DNA of 64,000 nt from an uncultured Nitrospiraceae bacterium (GCA_963730935.1 CAVSTP010000004.1:1568001-1632000); one strand, 5' to 3'; positions 29,201-38,538 are shown, counted from the stretch's first letter. The notes: generated from the sequence alone by a model not told the origin. Program-made: numbers and translations.

Positions 29201-31065
29201 ATCTGGCCCTTCTCATCGTCCTTATGACCGGGCTTGCCCGGCGTAGGCAGCTGCATTTCCACCCAATCCTTGATCGTGATCGTCGCCGGGCTACCCTTCC
29301 AGTTGCTCTTGCCCTTGTCGACGATCTTGAACGGCGTGCCGAACCAATCGACCGTTTGCCCGATCAGCTTGTCGGATGAGATCGGCGCCTTGATGCGGCC
29401 CTTGCGATCCGGCAGCTCGCGCAAATCCGGCATCACGTCGTTCCGCAAATCGCCCTGCTGGATCGTGTTGTAGACCCGCCAATACCCCCACATGCCCGCC
29501 ACATAATGGTGGGCGACGTGGCAGTGGAACAGGAAGTCGCCGGCCAGCTGCTGGCAGAGACCGGAACCGCACTCGGTTTCGAGATCAAGGGCTTCCGACG
29601 GTCCGATGACTTCGACGTCAACGCGGTCGGTCTTGGCGCGAATCACCGGGTATTTCACCGGCCCGTTTGTAGCCGTGGCCCAGAGGTTCATGTCATCGAT
29701 CGCCCGCGGGCTCCGGGGCCATCGAATCGTACCCCCGTGCGGATGATGGCTATGGAACACTTCCGATCCGCCGTGGACCAGCCGGAACTTGGCCGGATCG
29801 CCCATGTACGAGCGCGGAATCGTCGGGGACGCGTCGCCAAAGGTATAGGAACTATAGCCCATCGACTCGTCCTCGAAGCCGAAGTACTCGTGCTGCACAT
29901 GCATGTTGTTGATGCCGAACGGCTCGCTGCGATAGTTGATCGCGCGGCCACCCGGACGATAGGCGTCGGTGAGCGGGTCGCGCTGGGGCAGGAAGTCGCC
30001 CTTCTTGTTCAGCGGACGAAACGCTTCATCGCCGACCTCATGATAGATCAGCACGAATTCGCGGAAGTCGGGACCGGTGCCGTTCTTGATGATGGTCTGC
30101 CACCCGCTCGTGGCCGGCGTGGGATCGCCCGAGCCCAACGGCTCCAGATAGCTCGAGCCGCGCGGCTCGACGACGAACGCCCCAAAGAGCCCCATGACCG
30201 TCAACTCGCGGTCGTTGCTGAAGGTATGGAATTGACGAACGCCCTCTTGCGTGCTCGGATGGATGTACCATTCATAGTCGCCACTCTTGTCCTTGGCGAC
30301 GATCGTATCGGGGTTGGTCGTCGTTGCCGCGGCGCCGGTCGCGCTGACAACCATGGCGGAGCCATGGATATGAAGGCTGACGTCCTCCCCGCCTTCTAAC
30401 TTGTTGCTGAGCTTGATCTTGACGCAATCGCCCTGGTTACCGCGGATGACCAGCGGCTGAATCCACTGGGCTTGCACGCCGGGGATTACCGCACCGGGGT
30501 CATGGCCTTCCTTGTCGCGAGATTCCTTGTTTGTGTTTTCTTCCGTGCGGATCTTATCGAGATTCTCATCGAGCACGTACATGTAGCCGGGATAAAAATC
30601 GAGCCACTGATTGAGCGTGATCTCGACATTGATCGCGGACACGTTGTACTGGCGGACCGGCGCCGTGGCCGGACATTTGCCGCCACCCGTCATGGCCACT
30701 GGCTCGACGCGTGGATCGGAGACAAGCAGCATGTCCTGGCCGCCTGCGCCATACTGGTGCATCATCGCGGAGGTGTTGTACATGCCGGTGTTGACGCCCT
30801 GCACCTGCGGATCATGGGACATGTGCTCCATGATGCGCTGATGTTGCTGCTCGACCATCGCGGCACGCTCGCCCTTGCCGGACATTGTGTCTTCGACGAT
30901 CGTCTGCCCTTTGAGTTGCTCCGCCCAGGCGGGAAGCTGATGAGTCATCGCCCCATGGGACGATGCGTTTTCGGCAGATGCGAGCGGAGCCCAGAGCAGG
31001 GCCGCGGCCGCCATCACGCCAAGGGTGTAGGTGGGTCGAAAAACCCCTGTCAGATGAGAAAGCAT
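26224..31065 (-). CDS. Large multidomain multicopper oxidase (MnxG/McoA manganese-oxidase-like)
   Basis: About 1610 aa with a signal peptide; Cu motifs SLHIHG, HSHHPHG, FHCHVAHHYVAGM, THWH, FWHDH; start at ATG 31065 after AAGGAGG. Confidence 0.9.
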   Translation of the reverse strand: MLSHLTGVFRPTYTLGVMAAAALLWAPLASAENASSHGAMTHQLPAWAEQLKGQTIVEDTMSGKGERAAMVEQQHQRIMEHMSHDPQVQGVNTGMYNTSAMMHQYGAGGQDMLLVSDPRVEPVAMTGGGKCPATAPVRQYNVSAINVEITLNQWLDFYPGYMYVLDENLDKIRTEENTNKESRDKEGHDPGAVIPGVQAQWIQPLVIRGNQGDCVKIKLSNKLEGGEDVSLHIHGSAMVVSATGAAATTTNPDTIVAKDKSGDYEWYIHPSTQEGVRQFHTFSNDRELTVMGLFGAFVVEPRGSSYLEPLGSGDPTPATSGWQTIIKNGTGPDFREFVLIYHEVGDEAFRPLNKKGDFLPQRDPLTDAYRPGGRAINYRSEPFGINNMHVQHEYFGFEDESMGYSSYTFGDASPTIPRSYMGDPAKFRLVHGGSEVFHSHHPHGGTIRWPRSPRAIDDMNLWATATNGPVKYPVIRAKTDRVDVEVIGPSEALDLETECGSGLCQQLAGDFLFHCHVAHHYVAGMWGYWRVYNTIQQGDLRNDVMPDLRELPDRKGRIKAPISSDKLIGQTVDWFGTPFKIVDKGKSNWKGSPATITIKDWVEMQLPTPGKPGHKDDEKGQIISYDATVLDWTWNGNVAMSEKESTIDNPKYKSSHPGKRHPIMFDPLTGKVGWPHLTPHFGKRVMFSPNHVGAPWLEMIRRDANGEESVDQALPGEQGNWSLCPVNAGRKNYNVHFIKLPIKIAKAQGKEPPVVDPNGLIYVLHEEEAAIRANDDLKYPLVVRGNIYDCVDWMLTSEWDDDDYTNFQSSKINTHWHFLQFDNQSSDGVITGFSYEQSVRPFTMLEKKNKKGLPMPMNTVLTAAAKKGSNSLSVKNAKQYHVGTLILVGADNVKGNEISRIKAINGNTITLTKGLKSDHPANDIVTVEFVRQRFWVDADVGTVFWHDHAFGATTWPHGGFGTFIAEPVGSTYHDPKTGKLVRSGPIADIHTNEPVGHGVNNSFRELMVQVHDTVPHTVNIVTAGNPPGQPVEVALEAGKTVSFMMPEKLYMTPMPFLNGGTHTTGSGLNFRAGPIAQRLATNPDVSQAFNSQIHGDPYTPLLRAYTGDTMVFRLLHTLMNETMTWTLSGHTFWTERYASDANRKNSIHIGIAERYDLVVPEAGGPRHQAGDYIHFNGRSSKFSEGAWGIIRVYDKEQSDLKKLPAGFSVKGEIPKALPVCPADAPVKTFNVVAMDYPAMTFNAKAPEAIEVDFERKIQITNPDAKIYALEEDAAKVSSGSHPMPLTLRVNVGDCVKVQLKNKMKESKASFSAIGLVFDPKDSMGANVGNNPGDQTIASGGERTYTYYADPFNGETTSLVWDWGNVMTNPRNGLFGAVVVGPKGSKYRDPKTGADLSNKNAWAADVIIDRAIPGNESRPNYRDVALFFQDEDNIIGTSFMPYVQNVAGLTGVNYRSEPYKYREEQGCSLGKVFQPCKADKPEDPATPIIESHAGDPVRIHVIGANNEQNGMFSVEKHEWPIEPFMRGADQISVVEFSGSEVLDAFVPSAGGPYRLPGDYVYSNQRLPYSQSGQWGYLRVLPAGDQRLLPLAGASAGMKSASFDNATQVIPVAAK

Positions 31066-31205
31066 GGACTGGCCTCCTTGCTTGTAAATTATGAGTGGAC
31101 GACTAACAGAGTGCGAACAAATATATATAGGGCCGATAAGAAAAGACTGCGTCTCGGACGAAACCTCCCCGCGCAAAGCCTCCTCTGGGCCGCGAGGGAA
31201 TCGGA

Positions 31206-31234
31206 AAGATACGCAAGTTTTCCAAGGCTGTCAA
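31206..31234 (-). promoter_or_regulatory. Sigma70-type promoter of the multicopper oxidase
   Basis: Minus strand TTGACA-17 nt-TATCTT. Confidence 0.6.
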
Positions 31235-31365
31235 TCCCCTTGATCCCACTGGTATTATTGACAGTGCGACCCTGGTTTCAGCGGTCGTGTAGCTGAGTCT
31301 TTTGCCTCAGGTCGCAGGGCTTCTTCTCCTCTCGTTCCCCCCCTGTTTGTGAGATAATCTTTCTC

Positions 31366-33189
31366 ATGATCCTCAAACGTTGGCTGGTCGGCGACCCCAT
31401 CAAGACCGCCCAAGCCGCACACGAACGGCTCTCCAAACGGCTCGCCCTAGCCATCTTTTCATCCAATTCGATCTCCTCGGTCGCATATGCCACAGAGGAG
31501 ATTCTCTTGGTATTGATTCTTGCGGGGACTGCGGCGCTGGCATGGTCCATTCCTGTCAGTCTGGCCATCCTGTTTCTGGTCATCGTATTGACCATTTCGT
31601 ACCGCCAAATAATTTATGAGTATCCGGAGGGCGGCGGCGCCTACATCGTGGCGCGCTCCAATCTGGGCGAGATGCCCGCGTTGATCGCGGCCGCGGCGCT
31701 CATGATCGACTATGTGCTCACCGTCGCCGTGAGCGTCGCGGCCGGAGTCGCCGCAATCACCTCGGCGGTCCCCGAGTGGTTCGGCCATCGGACAGCGTTG
31801 GGCTTGCTGTTCACCCTCTTCATCGTGGTCGTGAATCTCCGTGGGGTGCGGGAATCGGGCAAGTTTTTCGCGGTGCCCACGTATTTGGCCATCGGAGGCT
31901 TGGGCCTCATGGTCGTGGCGGGCACCTATCGATCCCTCTCGAACGCCAGCATCCTGCTTCCTCCGGTCACTCCAACCGGGCTGAATAGTGGAACCGAAGC
32001 CTTGACGCTGTTTCTTATCTTGCGTGCCTTTGCAGCAGGTTGTGCGGCGGTCACCGGAATGGAAGTGATTTCGAACGGCGTCAAAGCCTTTCGTCCACCG
32101 GAATCCGGGAATGCCGCCACCACCATGGTGTGGATGTCCGTCATCCTCGGATCGCTGTTCATGGGCATCAGCTTGATGGCCTACCATTACGGCATCATCC
32201 CGAAGGAGGATGAGACCGTGGTCTCACAACTGGCCCGCCTGACGTTCGGGAGCGGTCTTGTCTATTACGTGATCCAAGTGGGAACCATGATGCTACTCGT
32301 GCTGGCGGCCAACAGCGCCTTCGCCGGCTTCCCTCATTTGGCATCTATTTTGGCGAGGGACGGGTTTATGCCCCATCAGATGGCCACGTTCGGCGATCGC
32401 CTGGTCTTCTCCAACGGCATCATTATTTTAGGATTCTTTGCCTGTGTTCTGCTCGTGATCTTCCAAGGCGACACCCACGCCCTCATTCCACTGTATGCCA
32501 TCGGCGTCTTCGCGTCGTTCACCTTGTCCCAGGCCGGGATGGTCCGCCGTTGGCTGGCGAAGAAGGGATTGCACTGGCGGAAGAAATTGATCGTCAACGG
32601 AATCGGCGCCATCACGACGGGCATCGCCACAACCATCATCGCCTCGACCAAATTCATGCAAGGGGCCTGGATTGTCTTTTTGCTCGTCGCAGCCCTCATT
32701 ATGATGTTCCGGGCCATCCGCTCTCACTATAAGGCCGTCGCCGAGCAAGTCCAATTGACCCGGGACGCCCGTCCACCGCGCCCGCGCCGTAACCTCATCC
32801 TCATTCCCATTGGCGCGGTCAACAAGGCGGTCGTGCGAGCCGTCGATTATGCGAGAAGCCGGGGAGGCGAAGTGCGTGCGGTGCTCATCGATGTAGACAA
32901 AGAAGAAACGGCCGTTGTGGAAATGAAATGGGCGCAATGGGGCTGCGGCGTTCCGTTGATCGTATTGCCCTCTCCCTACCGGTCGATCTTGGGCGCGCTG
33001 ATGGACTATGTTGAAGAGAACCTCGACAAAGATCCGGAATGCTGGATTACTGTGGTCCTGCCGGAGATTCTGCCGGCCCGCTGGTGGCAGAATATTTTGC
33101 ACAATCAACGGGCGTTGCTGCTCAAAGGCGCCCTCTTGTTCAAAGATCGCGTCGTGTTGACCGACGTCCCCTTCCACCTGACGAGGTAA
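31366..33189 (+). CDS. APC-family transporter (KimA/YdaO-like)
   Basis: SSVAYATEE, YPEGGGAY, DYVLTVAVS, NLRGVRESG, EVISNGV; C-terminal soluble domain ending VPFHL. Confidence 0.88.
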   Translation: MILKRWLVGDPIKTAQAAHERLSKRLALAIFSSNSISSVAYATEEILLVLILAGTAALAWSIPVSLAILFLVIVLTISYRQIIYEYPEGGGAYIVARSNLGEMPALIAAAALMIDYVLTVAVSVAAGVAAITSAVPEWFGHRTALGLLFTLFIVVVNLRGVRESGKFFAVPTYLAIGGLGLMVVAGTYRSLSNASILLPPVTPTGLNSGTEALTLFLILRAFAAGCAAVTGMEVISNGVKAFRPPESGNAATTMVWMSVILGSLFMGISLMAYHYGIIPKEDETVVSQLARLTFGSGLVYYVIQVGTMMLLVLAANSAFAGFPHLASILARDGFMPHQMATFGDRLVFSNGIIILGFFACVLLVIFQGDTHALIPLYAIGVFASFTLSQAGMVRRWLAKKGLHWRKKLIVNGIGAITTGIATTIIASTKFMQGAWIVFLLVAALIMMFRAIRSHYKAVAEQVQLTRDARPPRPRRNLILIPIGAVNKAVVRAVDYARSRGGEVRAVLIDVDKEETAVVEMKWAQWGCGVPLIVLPSPYRSILGALMDYVEENLDKDPECWITVVLPEILPARWWQNILHNQRALLLKGALLFKDRVVLTDVPFHLTR

Positions 33190-33191
33190 TC

Positions 33192-34310
33192 ATGAGCCAA
33201 CGGCCATACAGTGTGAGGCATCTAGGGCGTTGGACTTCCTATGTGGTCCTGTGCGGGAGCGTGCTCATGGCTAGTGCGCCGGTGCACGCCTTTACGATCA
33301 CGGAACCTGCGCCAGGTGCGAAGCTGGCAGCCGGACAAACGGTGACCGCTCACGTGGACCTCGGAAACGACATTGGTATCGTCAAGGTCCGGTATTATTG
33401 GTACCGTGAGCAGGACGAGACTCTCGTTCAGCAAGATGAAACCGACTCCGGACCGTCGAAGTCCGGTGCCAAAATCTCAATGGACAAGTTCCTTCAAAAG
33501 GACAGCGTGGTCGGCGGTTCCGTGGTCTCGCTGCCGGTGCTCGTCTCTACCGGAGACATGGACCCGGCCTTCGGCGGTCCTCTCAAGGTTCCCTCGGATG
33601 CCATCGGACCAATGCGGTTGCTCGCCGTGGCCGATATCTCGCGCGGCCGGCTCGGCACCAGAACCGTTTTCGACGAGATCACCGTAAATAGCGAACCCAA
33701 AGCTCAGCTTCAGACCATTGATTTTGAAACGGACAAGCCCTTGCTGCTCGGACGGGAGGGTCAATCCGCCACTTACGGCCAGGTGGATGTCCTCGGCAAG
33801 ATCTTCGAACTTCCGGTCGTCGGCGATTTTGACGACAGCGTGTCGAGACCGCTCACAGCCCCGTCATCGGGAACCAGCTATCACTCGTCCAATGACAAGG
33901 TCATCCAGGTCCTCCCGGACGGCATGCTCAAAATCGTCGGGAATGGGAAAACCGTGTTGACGGTGAAGAACCGGGGGAAAGAAGCATCGTTGGACGTCCA
34001 CGTGGCGGTGGGTGACGAACCTAACGAGCCGCCGGTTGCAGTGGCAGGAGCCGACCGCACGGTGAAATCGGGCGCGAAGGTGGAGTTGAACGGCTTGGGC
34101 AGCCACGACCCTGAAGGCGAAGCGCTATTTTATACCTGGAGCCAGGTCCGGGGAGCGAAAGTGCCGCTCCTGGATCTCAACATGCCGAAGGCTTCCTTCC
34201 TCGCACCCTCGGTCTCAGAGCCGAAACTCTTCCGCTTCAGATTGCGAGTGACGGATAAAAAGGGGGCGGACAGCATGCCGGCGTTTGTGGACGTGACGGT
34301 CGAACCATAG
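33192..34310 (+). CDS. Exported Ig-like/PKD(REJ)-domain protein
   Basis: Signal peptide; NEPPVAVAGADRTV...LNGLGSHDPEG...YTWSQ...FRLRVTD. Confidence 0.75.
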   Translation: MSQRPYSVRHLGRWTSYVVLCGSVLMASAPVHAFTITEPAPGAKLAAGQTVTAHVDLGNDIGIVKVRYYWYREQDETLVQQDETDSGPSKSGAKISMDKFLQKDSVVGGSVVSLPVLVSTGDMDPAFGGPLKVPSDAIGPMRLLAVADISRGRLGTRTVFDEITVNSEPKAQLQTIDFETDKPLLLGREGQSATYGQVDVLGKIFELPVVGDFDDSVSRPLTAPSSGTSYHSSNDKVIQVLPDGMLKIVGNGKTVLTVKNRGKEASLDVHVAVGDEPNEPPVAVAGADRTVKSGAKVELNGLGSHDPEGEALFYTWSQVRGAKVPLLDLNMPKASFLAPSVSEPKLFRFRLRVTDKKGADSMPAFVDVTVEP

Positions 34311-34588
34311 ACGCCCCTAATCAGAGAACTTGCGGGTCCTGTCACGGCAAACAGCCCCACCATGCTCGCACCCCCGCCCGGTGGGGGTCCCTCGCTCCGC
34401 GCGGTGGGGCGCCCCGTTTGCCGCGCCACCCGCAGATAGCGGCTGATATTTCCTGCCACCCTATCTCGAAGTTAATGCGACTGTTAACCCACAAGTCACC
34501 GGCACACATTAACAGAGCAAGAGAGTTGAAGCAGATGGCGAGAGAGAGCTAGATGGTAACGACACCCCCAGAGAACCCGGAGAGGAGC

Positions 34589-36157
34589 TTATTTTGAGCC
34601 GAGCTCTCGCTCGAAGCCCGGCAAGATGGCTTTAAAGAACGCGTTTTGGATGAGGCCGATGACGATCTGGATAATCTCGGTCTGAGGCCGGTTCGTCCGT
34701 CCCGAAACATTCGCTTTGGTCGCGACTTCCTGACGCGGGACGTTTTCCAGGAAGGCCGAGAGGTCTTCGATCGCGCCCTCTTTGACCTTGTCCAACGCCG
34801 GCTTGTCGCGATCCTGTGCCTGATCATAGACCTTGAGTTTCCTGACCAACGGCTTCACATAGCCTCGGATGGAACCGTCATCGAGTCTGATATCCGCGTA
34901 GCAGGAGAAGACTCCTCCCACGACATCAAACTTGCCATAGGCTCGCAACAGATTATTCATTGAGCGGATTTGCGTGTCGGCGATTTTGATTTTGAGCTCA
35001 ATATCCGGAGAGTCCCCTGGCGGACGCATGATGGCGGAGATCTGGGTTTCACCCGTCCCCATGAATTTCCCGCGGATAGCCATCGACGCCGGCCCCTCGC
35101 GCAACTGGTTGCTGTAGTGCTCCAGCGTGACGTCGGCATCCGTGAGGTAGACCCGGTACTCAGGCGTCGCGGCCTGATTGACAAACCCGAGCTCGGCACC
35201 GTCAATGCGGATCTGCTCGACGCGCACGAGGGTGTCTTCGTTCGCATTGATCGATTTCGCGGTGTTGACCGTCGCCTTGGCTCTTGCGGCTTCTGCCCGT
35301 TTCGTCTGTGCGGCATGCACGTAGTCCATATGCAGCCCGTCGATAGTGAGGTGCTTCAAGTTCACCACCTTCACCGACGGACTATATTCGACCGACCCTT
35401 CCGCCGACATCGTGCCGCCGCTGAGCTGCACGTTGTATCGGGCCGTCACCGGAATCAATGTCCCTAACGAGACGCCGTCCATCACGATATCGGCTTTCAC
35501 GGCTACGTGCGGTTCGGCGAGAAAGTCGGCGCGTCCGTCGAGGCGGATTGTTCCGGATTCGAAGAGTGTGCCTTTCAACCAGAACTCCGAGGGATAGTCC
35601 TGACCGGCAGATTGTACGTTGCGGATGTTGGAGGCATAGAGATTCATGTGGCGTATGCGAAGCGGCTGTTCGGGCTTCGCTTCATCGAGGTATATCAGTT
35701 CGGCGTCCGTGATCGTGACCTGATTGATCTTGAACGGGTACACGCTTTCCACCGCATCCTGCCAGCCGCGGTCTTTGACAGCCCTGTCGCTGCCGGTTTC
35801 CTGCCTCGCGAGTGTCCTGGTAAGGTGAAATCTGGGCCGTTCGATCTCATGGTCGTTAACCAAACGTCCGGACAAGAGCGCCCTCCAATGGACGCTCGCC
35901 GACCAGCGTGCAACCGTGGCCACCGGAGGATCCGGCTCACCCGTACGCACGAGTCGGATGTCGTGCAGATCCAGTGAAGCTCCGATAGGATGAAAATCCA
36001 GCGCGCCGATGTGCACCCTGTAGCCCTTGAGGCTCCGGTTCATTTTCTGCTCCACATAGGCGCGCAATGGCTCATCGATCAACAGGGCGGCCGCAAGAAG
36101 CACCACCAAAAGTGCGGCGACTCCCACCAGGAGCTTTGTCACAACACGCGTCACCAT
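34589..36157 (-). CDS. DUF748/AsmA-like protein
   Basis: N-terminal anchor; beta-rich repeats; C-terminal GYVKP...NAFFKAILPGF. Confidence 0.75.
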   Translation of the reverse strand: MVTRVVTKLLVGVAALLVVLLAAALLIDEPLRAYVEQKMNRSLKGYRVHIGALDFHPIGASLDLHDIRLVRTGEPDPPVATVARWSASVHWRALLSGRLVNDHEIERPRFHLTRTLARQETGSDRAVKDRGWQDAVESVYPFKINQVTITDAELIYLDEAKPEQPLRIRHMNLYASNIRNVQSAGQDYPSEFWLKGTLFESGTIRLDGRADFLAEPHVAVKADIVMDGVSLGTLIPVTARYNVQLSGGTMSAEGSVEYSPSVKVVNLKHLTIDGLHMDYVHAAQTKRAEAARAKATVNTAKSINANEDTLVRVEQIRIDGAELGFVNQAATPEYRVYLTDADVTLEHYSNQLREGPASMAIRGKFMGTGETQISAIMRPPGDSPDIELKIKIADTQIRSMNNLLRAYGKFDVVGGVFSCYADIRLDDGSIRGYVKPLVRKLKVYDQAQDRDKPALDKVKEGAIEDLSAFLENVPRQEVATKANVSGRTNRPQTEIIQIVIGLIQNAFFKAILPGFERELGSK

Positions 36158-36232
36158 AGCCGCCCTCCGCCCCCAGTGTAGCGGCCGGTAGACCTCGGCG
36201 GAGCTAGGGGAACATGCAGGTTGGGTGGCTGC

Positions 36233-37795
36233 TTACGCTTGGTCGAGCCTCATCGGACCGTACGTGTGGCGGGCTTGACGGAGTTCGAAGAGATGCCGAC
36301 GCAAGGAGGGGCCATGCAGCGACGCAAGCACTGTCCGGCGGTGGTGAGACATGTGCTGTTCCGCCTTCGCAATGGCCTCTTCGAGGTGTTTAACCAGACG
36401 GGCCCCCGAGGCTGTCATCCATTTGAGATGCCGCCCGGCATACTCGAGGTCGCCCAGCGAGTAGCGGACTGATTCGATTTCTTCCAGACAGCGGAAGCGT
36501 GCGCGAAGGAGGTGCCGCGCAGTGAGCCCTGCTTTCCGCCATTGCCTTTTGCCCTGCGCAGTCTCGGCCCATGCCGACAGCCTCGCGAAGAGCAGCGCAC
36601 CCATCGTGAAGGTAAACGTGGCATGAAGGATCCCCCGAATGGGCCGCAGGCTCCTCCGCCAGGGCGAGTAAAAGATCTGCTGGTTGCGGTCGCCGTGATA
36701 GAGGACATGCTTCCGCAAGAGCAGATTGAGATGGTGATGACTGTTTTCATGGATCAAATCGTCGATGAGGTCGAGGTTGTCACGGTCGAAGCAGTTGATG
36801 AATGAAAGGCCGGGCCGATGACGGTAACTAAAGCTGACGATGCCGGGAGCCTTGAGCGGTATGACACGTGACGTGAGGAGCCTCAGCAATGCGTGGCCTT
36901 CCGGCCAGGCCAGTTCGATCGTCTGACATGCCCGGCCGAGACGGGCGATCTGCTTGGTCTCGGTGGCTGAAAGCGCCTTCGGCTGACGGGCCTTCCCATA
37001 ACGGAGCGTAGGGCCGACGGTGAGGAATCCCGACGGAACGGCGAGGGCGTCAGTCGCTTCCCGGCGCGACCAGTGCCAGTGCATGGCAGTTCCTCGCCAT
37101 GCGCAGAGAGGAAATGACCGGCCAGCGTGCAGTGCGATCTCATTGTTTCGCAGCACAAAGGTCACACGCCGCGACCGTCGCCCAATGGCCCTTCGGACGG
37201 AAGCGGGTGCAATCAGGGCGCTCCCGTCGATGCCGACCGGAACGGTATACGACTGTTCGGCCCGTTCATACGAGGACTCGAGGCGGCCGGACACGGCCCA
37301 GGAACGCCGACCCTGCCGATTTACCCATTCGAGCGCCCGTCGCGGATCGAAGAAGAGCGATTCCTGGGTGATCTCGAGGGACAGTCGCTTGCACAACCAT
37401 TGCAGCCGTCCCGTCAGTCCATAGGACTGCGCCCGCCCGCGTGGAAATAATTCGTCAAGGTAGCTGTTTTCGAAAAAGTTTTCCTCACATTCCGCATAAA
37501 GCTGCTCGGCAAAGCCTCGCTGATCGCGATCGTGCCGGATCTGCACCAGAAGGTCGAGAAAATAGACCAGGTCGTTCAGCGCTTCAATCCATCCGACCAC
37601 TTTCCAATTCGAATAGAGCGTGCGATCCAAGCTCTGCGCCAGAAACCGAAAATAGTCGACCGGAAGGTCGAGCTGATCCGCCAGATCTCCATAGTGACGC
37701 GCGATGTCTCGGCAGAGTCCAAGCAAGAGACTGCGCATCGATTGGCGGAATTCGACCTGCAAGCGGCTGAGTCCCGCCGCGCCGAGCCACGACAT
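36233..37795 (-). CDS. HExxH-motif protein (aKG-HExxH peptide-modifying family-like)
   Basis: LIHENSHHHLN, YSPWRRSLRPIRGILHA. Confidence 0.8.
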   Translation of the reverse strand: MSWLGAAGLSRLQVEFRQSMRSLLLGLCRDIARHYGDLADQLDLPVDYFRFLAQSLDRTLYSNWKVVGWIEALNDLVYFLDLLVQIRHDRDQRGFAEQLYAECEENFFENSYLDELFPRGRAQSYGLTGRLQWLCKRLSLEITQESLFFDPRRALEWVNRQGRRSWAVSGRLESSYERAEQSYTVPVGIDGSALIAPASVRRAIGRRSRRVTFVLRNNEIALHAGRSFPLCAWRGTAMHWHWSRREATDALAVPSGFLTVGPTLRYGKARQPKALSATETKQIARLGRACQTIELAWPEGHALLRLLTSRVIPLKAPGIVSFSYRHRPGLSFINCFDRDNLDLIDDLIHENSHHHLNLLLRKHVLYHGDRNQQIFYSPWRRSLRPIRGILHATFTFTMGALLFARLSAWAETAQGKRQWRKAGLTARHLLRARFRCLEEIESVRYSLGDLEYAGRHLKWMTASGARLVKHLEEAIAKAEQHMSHHRRTVLASLHGPSLRRHLFELRQARHTYGPMRLDQA

Positions 37796-37857
37796 CGTCT
37801 TCCTCGATGAATGGAACGGCGACTCTACCGGAGCGCGGCGGTGGCCGCAAGGAGAGG

Positions 37858-38538
37858 CTAGAACGATTTCGAGGGAAGATAGCCGGCGTCGTCGAGGCGG
37901 AGCTCGCGAACATGTCCCATGAAGTGGCGTGTGAATGACCGTTGGACCGAGTCTTCAAGCACCGGGCTTGTTCCTGTCACGATGAGAAAGGGTAGTTCAT
38001 CCTTCCACAACAAGTGCCCATCACTGTCGATCATGTAGAGAAACAGACGCCGCCGTTCATCGGTTTTCCACCCCCACTCGCTTGACCGTAACGACGTAGC
38101 GCCGATGACATATCCGTACAGAACCGCATCCACGGCAAGGCCACGTGACAGCTCACGCGCCCACAGTGCTCGCTCCCGATCTGGTGCGGCAACCCTCAAC
38201 GGACGCTGTGGCTCAGTGGGCGTCACGACTCGCAAGGCGGTTTCCCCTCTCAGAAGCTTGGTCAACCTTGCACCCATCTCCTCATCGCCATCGATGGGCA
38301 TCAGCGCCACGCTGTTCAAGGAAAGACCTTCAACAACCGCGGTGAAATGTTCCGTCGAGACCCATGATTCTTCGAAGGCCTGAAACTTGACATCGCTCGC
38401 TCTCATGGAATCGGCACCAACCGCTGCAACCCATGCGGCGGCGAGACAACCCTGTTGTAGGAAGGTCACTGATAGGATCAGGACCCCCAGAATCGTCATG
38501 TTGCACTCTCGAGCAGTACCTAATAGGTTCATGTCCAC
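37858..38538 (-). CDS. Hypothetical lipoprotein
   Basis: Hydrophobic N-terminus with QQGC lipobox-like motif; VDAVLYGYV. Confidence 0.6.
   Translation of the reverse strand: MDMNLLGTARECNMTILGVLILSVTFLQQGCLAAAWVAAVGADSMRASDVKFQAFEESWVSTEHFTAVVEGLSLNSVALMPIDGDEEMGARLTKLLRGETALRVVTPTEPQRPLRVAAPDRERALWARELSRGLAVDAVLYGYVIGATSLRSSEWGWKTDERRRLFLYMIDSDGHLLWKDELPFLIVTGTSPVLEDSVQRSFTRHFMGHVRELRLDDAGYLPSKSF

Noticed and set aside
31066..31200. Possible Mn-sensing (yybP-ykoY) riboswitch in the multicopper oxidase leader
   Set aside because: Some GC pairing is possible, but I could not find the consensus elements; a covariance-model scan is needed.
34320..34560. GC-rich hairpins between convergent genes as an ncRNA or tRNA
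   Set aside because: No cloverleaf or T-loop motif; the stems are imperfect and expected at this GC content.
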